Shown here piece after piece: positions 1 to 9,156 of a DNA stretch of 64,000 nt. The stretch spans positions 64,910 to 128,909 of the forward strand of contig JAIXVU010000001.1 in the NCBI GenBank assembly GCA_027482685.1, given 5' to 3'. The position numbers were made by a program, and so were the translations under genes. The notes under the pieces were generated by a model. That model saw nothing but the letters and a program-made list of their open reading frames with translations. It was not told where the DNA came from and did not search any database. Each line of letters opens with the position of its first letter. Position 1 is the stretch's first letter. The stretch is from a bacterium. GTDB taxonomy: Bacteria; Patescibacteriota; Minisyncoccia; Phycocordibacterales; UBA5272.

Positions 1-427
1 CCAGAATCCTCAAGTCTACAATGGTGCAGGACATAATGGTGTTGACTTTGGTGTTCCAAGCGGAACTCCATTATATTCAGCAGCTGCAGGTACTGTCCTT
101 GGCACTGGAGATACTGATCTTGCCTGTAGCGGTGTGTCATACGGTAAGTGGGTTTTAATTAAGCATCCAAATGGACTAACCACGCTTTACGCACATCTAT
201 CTGTTATACAGGTGTCTACTGGTCAAGCTGTAACATCCGGGCAAAAAATAGGACTCTCTGGAAATACAGGTTATAGTACTGGACCGCATTTACATTTTAC
301 AGTATTTGCATCTGATGCAGTACGTATCTCGGGGCCAACAGAGTATAAGAGTAGAGTATGCGGTACGTATATGATATTGCCACTTTCTCCGCGATCGGGC
401 TACCTCAACCCACTTACGTACTTTTAG
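1..427 (+). CDS. M23 family metallopeptidase (LytM-like), C-terminal part; 5' end truncated by the window edge
   Basis: The frame is open from position 2. The translation HNGVDFGVPSGTPLYSAAAGTV...GNTGYSTGPHLHF matches the M23 HxxxD / HxH zinc-binding motifs. A TAG stop lies at 428-430. Confidence 0.7.
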   Translation, partial: QNPQVYNGAGHNGVDFGVPSGTPLYSAAAGTVLGTGDTDLACSGVSYGKWVLIKHPNGLTTLYAHLSVIQVSTGQAVTSGQKIGLSGNTGYSTGPHLHFTVFASDAVRISGPTEYKSRVCGTYMILPLSPRSGYLNPLTYF

Positions 428-885
428 TTTTTATGCTGGCTTTTTTTAGTTCTTTACACTAGAATACATCCACGTATGATAGTTATCTCCATCTCCGGTT
501 TCTTAGGATTACTACTTCTTGTTTTGATAATTGGTGTGATACTAGGTTCTAGCTACATTTTATTTAAGTAAGCATAATACTAAGAATAGCCTTTATTCTA
601 GGATATATAGTCGTAAAAGATATATTGTGCGACATTAACATTATACTAAACCCCTATCAAATATAGCTTTGTAAGAGCTAAGCTGATTCATCTACGTTTT
701 TTCTCAAACTCTGTTATATTATTCTTTAATAGAGTTATTAATAACTCCCCTTACGTACCCGCTTTACTTGTATATCTACCTACTATTGTTTATTCATGAT
801 ACGTCATAGTAATAGTTAGCTTGCTAACTATTACATACTTTGCTATACTTGTGGATAACTAGATCTTGCTAGTTGTAGATATCCT

Positions 886-1419
886 ATGCCATCTGTTACA
901 CCTAAAAAAGTAAAACCCCTTAGAGCGCAACCTTCACAGCTCATAGATACAGATGTCGTATCTTGCTCGTCTGATAATTCCAGGGATTTCTCACAGAGCT
1001 TCATGTATAACTTACATCAGATTTTCTTTCTCCTTGAGAAACATCTTGAGTCTACCCTTCTTCGAGATAAGAATATTTCTTTTTCTCAGTTCATGATTCT
1101 TGTAGGGTTTGATTGCCGAAAGGAGAAAAGCATTTCTCAAAAAATGATAGCTGAAAAGTTATATCTTACAGAAGCAACTGTAAGTCGCCATATAAATACT
1201 CTTGTTAAACTCGGCCATCTTGTCCAAACTATTGATAAAGAAAATCGTCGCAAGAAAACGATCGATATAACCCTGTCAGGAAAAAAGGCTTTTGAGAAAG
1301 CTAGAAACAGCATCGATAAAGAACTTAATGTAATTTTTGCTTCTATTTTAGTATCTGACCGAGCATCCATCCTTAAAAATTTTACAAACGTACGTAAACA
1401 ACTTCTTACCAAGAAGTGA
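886..1419 (+). CDS. MarR-family transcriptional regulator; the likely true start is internal, at about 1003 (MYNLHQ...)
   Basis: A winged-HTH-like segment SISQKMIAEKLYLTEATVSRHINTLVKLGHLV is present, the size is about 140 aa from the internal Met, and the gene sits directly upstream of an efflux operon. Confidence 0.6.
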   Translation: MPSVTPKKVKPLRAQPSQLIDTDVVSCSSDNSRDFSQSFMYNLHQIFFLLEKHLESTLLRDKNISFSQFMILVGFDCRKEKSISQKMIAEKLYLTEATVSRHINTLVKLGHLVQTIDKENRRKKTIDITLSGKKAFEKARNSIDKELNVIFASILVSDRASILKNFTNVRKQLLTKK

Positions 1420-1440
1420 TTATTATAAACACATCTATAT

Positions 1441-3072
1441 ATGAACAAACATCTGTCTAGAATCCTAACCTATATCAAACTCATATCACAGCAACTCAAA
1501 GAATGGTTCATGGAGCTAACAATACGTAACAAAGTCCTAGTCATAGTTACCCTTCTTGTCGCTATCTTTATAGTTAGCAATCTCTTTGGTGGTAAAACAA
1601 TCACAGAAGAGGTTGTAAATGCTCCACGTGCGGTTACTCTTGTTACACTTAATGATCTTGCAAACGGTGAGGCGGGTCTTCCTCTTTTAGGAACAGTAAC
1701 ATCAGTGAGTGAGGCAACTATTAGATCAGAATCTTCTGGTAAGCTAACTCGCGTATACAGAAAGTTAGGTGATTTTGTATCTGCTGGACAAGTAATTGCA
1801 GAGTTTGAGAATAGTGCTGAACGAGCTTCGGTTCTTCAAGCGGAAGGTGCGTATGACGCTGCAAAAGCAGCACGTGATATTGCACGTATAAACAGCGGAA
1901 CAACAAATACTTCACTAACTGATACTAAGCAGAGCGCTCTTAATGCTATCTCTAACGCGTATGTAACTATGGATGATAGTATTCGTGTAAAGACCGATGC
2001 CGCATATAAAAATCCTCGTAATGACGACCTGCGGTTCATTGTTTCTGTTCCAGATTCTGCTCTTGTGCTCTCTCTTGAAACAAAAAGAAAGTTGATAGAA
2101 AAAACTCTTCTTGCTCGTGAAGCTCGTAACAAAACCCTAACAACAAGTAGCGATCTTCAATCAGAACTACAACAAGTCCAGAACGAAGTACAAACAGTGA
2201 AGCTTTATCTTGATGATTTAGCTACTGCATATGCCAAAGCAATACCAGATAACACATTCACTCAAGTAGCTCTTGATGGTAATAAAGTAACAGTTGGAGG
2301 AGTACGGTCAGTAATTTCAGGAACAATTAACTCTTTAGTTGGTGCTAAAACCGCTCTCTCTAATAGCTCCGCTGCACAAGAAATTGCCGGTAAGACTAGT
2401 GGTCAAGGAGATACAGGAGTTACAACGGCAGATGCTGGTGTAAAACAAGCACTCGGCGTGTACCAAGGAGCTCTTTCTAGATTAGAAAAGACAGTTATTC
2501 GTAGTCCAATTAGCGGTACCCTTAACTCTCTTTCAATCGAAACAGGAGATTTTATACAAAGTTTTACTGAGATAGGTGTTGTGTCTAATAACGGATCACT
2601 TGAGGTTGTAACCTACGTAACAGAGGATAATAAAAACCGCGCAATTGTAGGAACCCCAGTAGTTATTGATGGTAATGTTAAAGGTGTTATTACACGTGTT
2701 GCAGGAGCGCTTGATCCTCGTACTAAAAAAATTGAGGTTCGTATAGGTATTACAGATAAACAGACAAAACTTATCAATGGTCAATCTGTTCGTATAGAAG
2801 TAACAACTCCAGTCAGTAAAAATACTACTTCAAAAACTCAAGTGAAAAAAGATACCCCAGCTAATGTCCCTCTCTCAGCACTCAAGATAACACCAAAAGG
2901 CAATTTAGTATTTACCGTAGATGCTTCAAGTACTCTTGTTGCAATTCCTGTAACTATTGGAGCATTACTTGGAGATGAGATTCAGATTCTTGATGGACTG
3001 GATGCAAATGTTCAAATTGTAAAAGATGCTCGTGGGTTAAAGGAAGGTCAATCAGTAACAATAAGCGAGTAA
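1441..3072 (+). CDS. Efflux RND periplasmic adaptor subunit (membrane fusion protein, HlyD family)
   Basis: It has an N-terminal TM helix, long coiled-coil segments, a lipoyl/beta-barrel-like motif (VIRSPISGTLNSLSIETGDFI), and lies directly upstream of an RND permease. Confidence 0.7.
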   Translation: MNKHLSRILTYIKLISQQLKEWFMELTIRNKVLVIVTLLVAIFIVSNLFGGKTITEEVVNAPRAVTLVTLNDLANGEAGLPLLGTVTSVSEATIRSESSGKLTRVYRKLGDFVSAGQVIAEFENSAERASVLQAEGAYDAAKAARDIARINSGTTNTSLTDTKQSALNAISNAYVTMDDSIRVKTDAAYKNPRNDDLRFIVSVPDSALVLSLETKRKLIEKTLLAREARNKTLTTSSDLQSELQQVQNEVQTVKLYLDDLATAYAKAIPDNTFTQVALDGNKVTVGGVRSVISGTINSLVGAKTALSNSSAAQEIAGKTSGQGDTGVTTADAGVKQALGVYQGALSRLEKTVIRSPISGTLNSLSIETGDFIQSFTEIGVVSNNGSLEVVTYVTEDNKNRAIVGTPVVIDGNVKGVITRVAGALDPRTKKIEVRIGITDKQTKLINGQSVRIEVTTPVSKNTTSKTQVKKDTPANVPLSALKITPKGNLVFTVDASSTLVAIPVTIGALLGDEIQILDGLDANVQIVKDARGLKEGQSVTISE

Positions 3073-3102
3073 TAATTAGCAACACCTTAACTTTCTACAT
3101 CT

Positions 3103-6100
3103 ATGCACTCACTCTGGATATTTTTTCTAAAAAAACGAGCTTTTACCTATATGGTAATGTTCGCTCTTGTTACTGTTGGGTTATACTCGCTTGTCGCAAT
3201 TCCTAAAGAATCATCACCCGAAGTCATCATTCCTGTTGGGGTTGTATCAACTGTTCTCCGTGGAGCATCCGCTGAAGATACAGAAAAGCTCATCACTAAT
3301 AAGATTGAAGAAGAAGTTGGCAACATTGAAAATATAGATACAGTAACCTCGTCATCTCGTGAAGGTGTGTCTGTTGTTACAGCACAGTTTAACGCGTCTG
3401 CTGATATAGATAAATCTATTCAAGATCTGAAAGACGCTGTAGATAGAGCAAAGCCTGATTTACCATCTGATGCTCTTGAGCCAGTTGTGACTAAGATAAA
3501 CTTCTCTGACCAGCCTATAGTTATTGTGTCTATCTCACAAGATGTATCCCCTGCTACTCTTACTGCTCTTGGAGATGAGCTTGAAAGTGAGATGAAGAAA
3601 ATAAAAGGAGTATCTAAAGTAGAAGTTGCCGGCACAAGGAAACGCGAAGTACAAGTTGTTATTCGAAAGGATCAACTTGCAAAGTATGGTCTCTCGATAT
3701 CGCAAGTCATAGGTGCTGTATCGTCGGCTAATGCATCATTACCTATTGGTCGTATTACTGTAGCTGATGTTGACTATCCGATTACGTTTGCTGGAGATAT
3801 TACAGAAGGCTCTCAAGTGTCTGATATTACTATCACCTCAAATAATGGTGTGCCTATTTATCTTCGTGATGTTGCTTTTGTGTCTGATGGTTTGCAATCT
3901 CCTACAACATTCTCTCGTGTATCTGTTAACGGAGCTCCAGCTGAACAAGCACTCACGCTTAATATTTACAAAAAATCAGGTGGAGATGTTACAAAGATTG
4001 CGTCTGATGTTCGTGCAAAACTTGATGAGCTTAAAAAAACTACACTCGCTTCATCTCAAGTTGTAATTTCTTTTGATAGAGGCTCACTTGTTGAGAAGGA
4101 TCTCAAAGACCTTACTCGTGTGGGGTTAGAAACGGTTGCTCTTGTGATGCTAGTACTATTTCTAACTATCGGGTGGCGTGAGTCTATTGTAGCTGGACTT
4201 TCTATTCCCCTCTCGTTTGTTATTGCGTTTATTGGACTATACGCCTCAGGGAATACGATTAACTTTGTGTCACTCTTTTCGTTGATTCTTGCTATTGGTA
4301 TTTTGGTGGATTCGGGTATTGTGGTAGCCGAAGGGATACATACACGTATGAAAAAATTCGGCAACTCAGAGACTGCTGCACTAGCAACCATAAAAGAATA
4401 TGCATGGCCTCTCATTGCTGGAACAATGACTACTGTTGCTGTGTTTGCACCACTTTTCTTTATTTCAGGGACAACAGGTAAGTTTATTGCATCTATTCCC
4501 TTTACCATTATATTCGTATTGATTGCCTCAATCTTCGTAGCCCTTGGTATGGTTCCCCTTCTTGCTATTTTACTTACAAAGCCTCACAGTGAAGGTCGTC
4601 TTGAAAAGATGCAAGAACATCTCTCAGTATCTGCTCGTGCATGGTATAAGAAATTATTAGGTATTATTTTTGCGAGTCGGAAGCTTCAAAATAGGTTCTT
4701 TCTTGCTCTTGGTGTTGGTTTTGTTATTTCACTGTTGCTTCCTGTGCTTGGGCTAGTAAAAGTACAGTTCTTCCCACAGGATAACCAAGACTTCGTATAC
4801 ATCACTCTTGAAAAGCCACAAGGTACACCACTTTCTGTTACCGATCTTGGTATTCGTCAGGTGGAAGAGAGTCTCTATACAAGTTCGCTTGTAGATTCTT
4901 TCGTAACGACAGTTGGTGCTGGATCTGCATTTGCTGATAACGGAGGCGGAGTAAATACTAAGATTGCAAACATCACTGTTATTCTAAAGAAAGATAGAGA
5001 GCTAACATCTACTGAAGCCATAGAAGTATTCCGTAAAGACTTTTCTCTTATTACATCCGCTGATGTTCGTGTCTCACAAGGTAATAATGGCCCACCATCT
5101 GGTGCTCCTGTCGTTATAAAATTCTTAGGAGATGACTTAGATGCACTGTCCCTCACAGCTGATAACGCAGAGAGAATACTAAAAACAGTTGATGGCACTC
5201 TTGATGTACAGACCTCTCTTCGCGATGATGGTACACAGTTTGAAATTAAGATAGACAGAGCAAAAGCAGCCCAAGTAGGCCTAACTGCAGCATCTGTTGC
5301 TCAGACACTTCGCGCTTCGGTCTCAGGCGTTACCGCAACAACTATCAAGAAACAATCAGATGATATCGATGTCGTTGTAAAGTCTGACCTTAACGGTAAC
5401 TTTATCAACCCAGAAGATACCATTAAAACAACAATAGATAGTATCACTGAACTCCCTATCACAACACCAACGGGTACTATATTACTAGGCTCTCTTGTAG
5501 ATGTTTCTGTTGTTCCTTCACGCGCTGTTATTAATCATGAAGATATGAAGCGTCTCGCAAGTGTCTCCAGCCAGCTCAAGCCTGACGCAACAGCTGTTGA
5601 AGTAGTATCCGCATTTAAAAAACGAGAGAAAGAACTCAATCTCCCAGAAGGTGTATCCATAAATTATGGTGGAGAAAATGAAGAAGTAAATAATTCATTC
5701 CGTGACATGTTCCTCGCTCTCATTGCCGGTATGGTCGGTATGCTTGCAATACTTGTTCTTGAGTTCAATTCATTCCGATTTGCACTGTATCTACTTTTCA
5801 CCGTACCGTTATCGCTTATTGGAGTGTTGGGAGGACTCGCAATCACAGGTAAAACACTATCGTTCTCATCCATGCTTGGATTTATCGCACTCGCCGGAGT
5901 TATCATTAACCATGCTATTATCTTGCTTGATTCTATCTTACATAGACTAGAAGCAGAAAAGATAGCAAAGAGCGGGCTTAAACTATATGACATTGTTATC
6001 GACTCTGCATCTATTCGTCTACGTCCTATCATCCTCACTACCGTTACCACTGTTGTGGGAATGATACCACTAGCAGGAGCATCAGCTCTTTGGGGACCAC

Positions 6101-6210
6101 TTGCGTTTGCCATTATGTTCGGACTGACATTTGCAATGATACTAACACTTATTCTTGTTCCCCTCCTCTTCTATAGATATCCAGGGAAGAAGTATGAAGA
6201 TATGAAGTAG
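3103..6210 (+). CDS. RND efflux transporter permease (AcrB/AcrD/AcrF family)
   Basis: The 1035-aa protein has two 12-TM-like hydrophobic blocks separated by large periplasmic loops, the typical AcrB architecture and size. Confidence 0.85.
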   Translation: MHSLWIFFLKKRAFTYMVMFALVTVGLYSLVAIPKESSPEVIIPVGVVSTVLRGASAEDTEKLITNKIEEEVGNIENIDTVTSSSREGVSVVTAQFNASADIDKSIQDLKDAVDRAKPDLPSDALEPVVTKINFSDQPIVIVSISQDVSPATLTALGDELESEMKKIKGVSKVEVAGTRKREVQVVIRKDQLAKYGLSISQVIGAVSSANASLPIGRITVADVDYPITFAGDITEGSQVSDITITSNNGVPIYLRDVAFVSDGLQSPTTFSRVSVNGAPAEQALTLNIYKKSGGDVTKIASDVRAKLDELKKTTLASSQVVISFDRGSLVEKDLKDLTRVGLETVALVMLVLFLTIGWRESIVAGLSIPLSFVIAFIGLYASGNTINFVSLFSLILAIGILVDSGIVVAEGIHTRMKKFGNSETAALATIKEYAWPLIAGTMTTVAVFAPLFFISGTTGKFIASIPFTIIFVLIASIFVALGMVPLLAILLTKPHSEGRLEKMQEHLSVSARAWYKKLLGIIFASRKLQNRFFLALGVGFVISLLLPVLGLVKVQFFPQDNQDFVYITLEKPQGTPLSVTDLGIRQVEESLYTSSLVDSFVTTVGAGSAFADNGGGVNTKIANITVILKKDRELTSTEAIEVFRKDFSLITSADVRVSQGNNGPPSGAPVVIKFLGDDLDALSLTADNAERILKTVDGTLDVQTSLRDDGTQFEIKIDRAKAAQVGLTAASVAQTLRASVSGVTATTIKKQSDDIDVVVKSDLNGNFINPEDTIKTTIDSITELPITTPTGTILLGSLVDVSVVPSRAVINHEDMKRLASVSSQLKPDATAVEVVSAFKKREKELNLPEGVSINYGGENEEVNNSFRDMFLALIAGMVGMLAILVLEFNSFRFALYLLFTVPLSLIGVLGGLAITGKTLSFSSMLGFIALAGVIINHAIILLDSILHRLEAEKIAKSGLKLYDIVIDSASIRLRPIILTTVTTVVGMIPLAGASALWGPLAFAIMFGLTFAMILTLILVPLLFYRYPGKKYEDMK

Positions 6211-6295
6211 GGTACATTTGTGTTCTTGATAAGAAGGTATTAGGTGATTCGATACGTCGCAAACTCATTGTAAAAGTTTTGTTGTCTTTCTTTGT

Positions 6296-6387
6296 AACCC
6301 CACTATTTCAAAGCACGACAATTTCTTGCTAGAAATTGTCTCTGTTCCGCGCCGTCGCGCTACACAAGGCTTTGAAATAGTGGGGTT
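6296..6387. repeat. Nested inverted-repeat element: 19-bp arms AACCCCACTATTTCAAAGC (6296-6314) and GCTTTGAAATAGTGGGGTT (6369-6387) enclose an inner 9-bp-stem palindrome GACAATTTC-TTGCTA-GAAATTGTC
   Basis: Both arms are exact reverse complements when read directly from the sequence. The element lies at the junction between the AT-rich backbone and the GC-rich cassette. Confidence 0.6.
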
Positions 6388-6404
6388 GGGTGTGGTGGAA
6401 TACA

Positions 6405-6456
6405 ATACAAAAAAGCCCCTCACTCACGTCGTCACGACATTAGTATTGAGGGGCTT
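6405..6456 (-). terminator. Intrinsic terminator for the GC-rich minus-strand gene
   Basis: An inverted repeat AAGCCCCTCA (6413-6422) / TGAGGGGCTT (6447-6456) is followed on the minus strand by a U-tract (plus-strand AAAAAA at 6408-6414), about 40 nt after the stop at 6497. Confidence 0.55.
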
Positions 6457-6496
6457 GGTCATCCATGGGCCTTCACAGGCGGTGGATGACGAGAGT

Positions 6497-7675
6497 TCAC
6501 TTCTGCTTCACATCCACGACTGCATTGGCGCGGTTCGGGATGTAGGCGCAACGTTCGTCCGGTTTCAGCTTCACTCCACCGCAGGTTGTTTGCGGAACGT
6601 TCTTGACGACTTTCGGAGTGAAGGACTGAATGAATGGCGCCTTGGGGGCCTCGATCCTGGGTGCAGGGTCGATGGCGACCGGTGGGGTGAACACCGCTGG
6701 CGGGCGCGGAGTACGGAAGACCTGTGTCTCCGTATATCCACATGGGAGCTTCTGAATGTTGTTTCCGAAGCTCTGGACACCGCCTTGATTGCTCACACCC
6801 AGGGCTCCATTCTGACCGTTTGCGGCAATACCGCTGCCGGCTGAACTGCCAACAATGAAGTTTGTGATCACGGCCTGATAGCCGCTCACACGACGTTGCA
6901 TTGTTACAAGATCCCCATCAATCCCGACAACTTCCCAGTTGTGGAAGACGTGAGAGGATCCGGGCACGGGCACGATCTTGGAGACTGTGCCATTTGACCT
7001 GGTCTTGGTGACCAATCCAAGGAAGGTGGCATGAGTTGCCACGACTTCACGGTCTACCTCGACTGTGAAGTCTCCTCCACAGCTCGTGATGATGCTCATC
7101 CCGAGCTGGCTCGCAGACATGATCTGCGGAGGGAGGCCTACCACTGCCGACTGCACTGGCGCGCGCACTGCTTGGTACACAGTGCCGCCGATCGTAGTGG
7201 TGGTCGTGTTGCCCGCAGCGCCGTTCGCTGAAGCTTGACCGAAACCGCCAGCACCCCCAGTTGCACGAACGTTGTTCGTGATCTGGTTGATGTTCTCGTT
7301 CGCGCTTGTGATGCGCGACTGGAGCTCTGTCCGTTGCTGATTGCGTTGTTCCGCAGTCAGTGTCTGATTCGACTCGAGCGAGGTCATCTGGGTCTGGAGG
7401 CTGTTGAGCTCCGCCCGAGCCGCTGCTAGAGCAGCTTGCTGTTGTGCAGCCGTTGCAGCTGCAGCAGTGTTCAATTCCGACGGAGCCGGTTGCGGGGTTG
7501 CGGGTGTTGTCGGCGGATGGTTGGTCTTCGGGCAGACGGGGTCTGCACTGTGAGCCGAACCAGGTCCGTTCGCACGATCCCAGTCAACGCACTCTTGCTG
7601 AGTCCACGCGAAGGCGGGGCTCGCAAAGAGCATGGCCATGACTGCCGCCGCGATGGCGCTGATGATCTTTTCCAT
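6497..7675 (-). CDS. Secreted Pro/Thr/Ala/Gln-rich coiled-coil protein of foreign (high-GC) composition; function unknown
   Basis: There is a signal peptide MEKIISAIAAAVMAMLFASPAFA, a Shine-Dalgarno GGAGAG (plus-strand CTCTCC, 7682-7687) 6 nt upstream of the ATG, and its own promoter and terminator. The gene is about 58-60% GC against a backbone of about 35%. The overlapping antisense ORFs are artefacts of the high GC content. Confidence 0.6.
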   Translation of the reverse strand: MEKIISAIAAAVMAMLFASPAFAWTQQECVDWDRANGPGSAHSADPVCPKTNHPPTTPATPQPAPSELNTAAAATAAQQQAALAAARAELNSLQTQMTSLESNQTLTAEQRNQQRTELQSRITSANENINQITNNVRATGGAGGFGQASANGAAGNTTTTTIGGTVYQAVRAPVQSAVVGLPPQIMSASQLGMSIITSCGGDFTVEVDREVVATHATFLGLVTKTRSNGTVSKIVPVPGSSHVFHNWEVVGIDGDLVTMQRRVSGYQAVITNFIVGSSAGSGIAANGQNGALGVSNQGGVQSFGNNIQKLPCGYTETQVFRTPRPPAVFTPPVAIDPAPRIEAPKAPFIQSFTPKVVKNVPQTTCGGVKLKPDERCAYIPNRANAVVDVKQK

Positions 7676-7767
7676 TTCGTTCTCTCCGTGGTTGCACGCG
7701 GTCTTTTTTAAATAACCAACGTGCAGGTTGAAATATGAACCTTAAACTTCAAGGTACAGCTGATAAG

Positions 7768-7796
7768 ATTATAGCAGATAAAAGTGCTTTTGTCAA
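7768..7796 (-). promoter_or_regulatory. Consensus sigma70 promoter (TTGACA-N17-TATAAT) reading leftward into the GC-rich gene
   Basis: On the minus strand, TTGACA lies at 7796-7791, followed by a 17-nt spacer and TATAAT at 7773-7768. This is about 85 nt upstream of the start codon at 7675. Confidence 0.55.
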
Positions 7797-7878
7797 TAGT
7801 TATCTTGACAAAATTGAGTATGCTATTTTATATATAAAAATTGCAAAAAAGTATTGTAAAATATAGCTATTAATGAAT

Positions 7879-9156
7879 CTAGCAATGAGTTCCTGCTACG
7901 TAGCCAGTAGTCCAACAGAGTTGGAGACTGTAGCCACCGGATGGTCTATCTATATTAAGCACGTCTCCTGTTATGTAGAGATTCTTTATAATTCGTGACT
8001 CCATAGTTCTAAAATCTACTTCTTTGAGTGCTACTCCGCCGGAAGAGACAACCGCTTTATCTTTTCCAAGTAGTTCTTTTACGTGAAGTGGTACTGCTTT
8101 CAAGAGTTTTACTATCGTTACCCTATCCTCACTACGTACACTGTGGCAAAATGTCTGCCCGTCAATCCCGGACAGTTCTAATATTGTAGCAATAAGTGTA
8201 CTTGGGATTAATTGGCTTAGGATGTTTTTTATTTTTTTATTGCTCTCATTTACTAAAAGAGTCTGAAGACGTTGTTTAAGAGCATTTGTATCGAGCTGTG
8301 GGAAGAGATCAAGCATAACAGTAACATCACCATACTTACATAACTCCCCTACGTCTTTGCTCATGTTAAGGACTGTTGGTCCGCTTATTCCGAAATGTGT
8401 GAAAAGGACTTTACCTTTGTAACTTTCCTGTTTGACGAGAGTTTCGTTATGGCTTTGATAGGTAGTGAGTTTGATATCTGTGAGTGTTAGCCCACTTACT
8501 TTCTTTACCCATGAGTCATGAAGGGCAATAGGTACAAGTGCCGCATCATCAACTGATATTGTATGTCCGAGCTTCTTTAACCAATTGAACCCTTCCCCTG
8601 TTGACCCAGTTTCTGGACGTGATGTTCCTCCAGTTGCGAGAATACACGATGTCGCATCAAATGTATTACCACTTTTGGTGCGTATAGTTATGAGCTCTCC
8701 TCCTTTTTTAATAGATATGCTATCCACTATGGTGCTTTTACGGACAGTTACGTTGTGTTCTTTCATATAAATATCTAGTACATCGTAGACTGATTGTGCA
8801 GAGTCCGATATTGGGAACAGTCTCCCCTCGTTCTCCTCTTTCATTTTCATACCACGGGATTCAAAAAAATCAATTGTACTCTGTACATTAAACTGTGAAA
8901 AAGCAGAGAAAAGAAATTGATCGTTCCCTTTATATTTTGCGAGCATGGTGCGATTATCAGGTTTGTTATTTGTGACATTACATCTGCCTCCTCCTGTGAT
9001 GAGTAGCTTTTTACCAAGAGACGAATTTTTCTCAAGCAGAAGCACACGCTTACCACGAGATGCAGCTGTACCTGCTGCCATCATACCGCTTGCTCCTCCG
9101 CCAATAACTATAACGTCCCAGACTGAGTTAGTATTTATTTTGTTTGTACCATTCAT
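7879..9156 (-). CDS. HI0933/BaiN-like NAD(P)/FAD-dependent oxidoreductase (aminoacetone oxidase family flavoprotein)
   Basis: The N-terminal Rossmann motif VIVIGGGASGMMAAGTAA and the hallmark LLITGGGRCNVTN are present, and the size is about 425 aa. Confidence 0.75.
   Translation of the reverse strand: MNGTNKINTNSVWDVIVIGGGASGMMAAGTAASRGKRVLLLEKNSSLGKKLLITGGGRCNVTNNKPDNRTMLAKYKGNDQFLFSAFSQFNVQSTIDFFESRGMKMKEENEGRLFPISDSAQSVYDVLDIYMKEHNVTVRKSTIVDSISIKKGGELITIRTKSGNTFDATSCILATGGTSRPETGSTGEGFNWLKKLGHTISVDDAALVPIALHDSWVKKVSGLTLTDIKLTTYQSHNETLVKQESYKGKVLFTHFGISGPTVLNMSKDVGELCKYGDVTVMLDLFPQLDTNALKQRLQTLLVNESNKKIKNILSQLIPSTLIATILELSGIDGQTFCHSVRSEDRVTIVKLLKAVPLHVKELLGKDKAVVSSGGVALKEVDFRTMESRIIKNLYITGDVLNIDRPSGGYSLQLCWTTGYVAGTHC

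Noticed and set aside
3420-6113. Antisense ORFs inside the RND permease gene (3420..3635-, 4056..4508-, 4875..5198-, 5664..6113-, 3767..4066+, 5702..5950+)
   Set aside because: They are fully contained within a strongly supported 1035-aa transporter gene and have no independent start signals.
6326-7711. Numerous overlapping ORFs on both strands (6326..6844+, 6459..6743-, 6571..6780-, 7031..7231+, 7235..7429+, 7436..7711+, 7444..7641+)
   Set aside because: They all lie inside the GC-rich cassette, where stop codons are rare on every frame. Only the 6497..7675 minus-strand frame has a signal peptide, an SD site, a promoter and a terminator. The others have Arg/Leu/Val/Ser-skewed antisense-type compositions.
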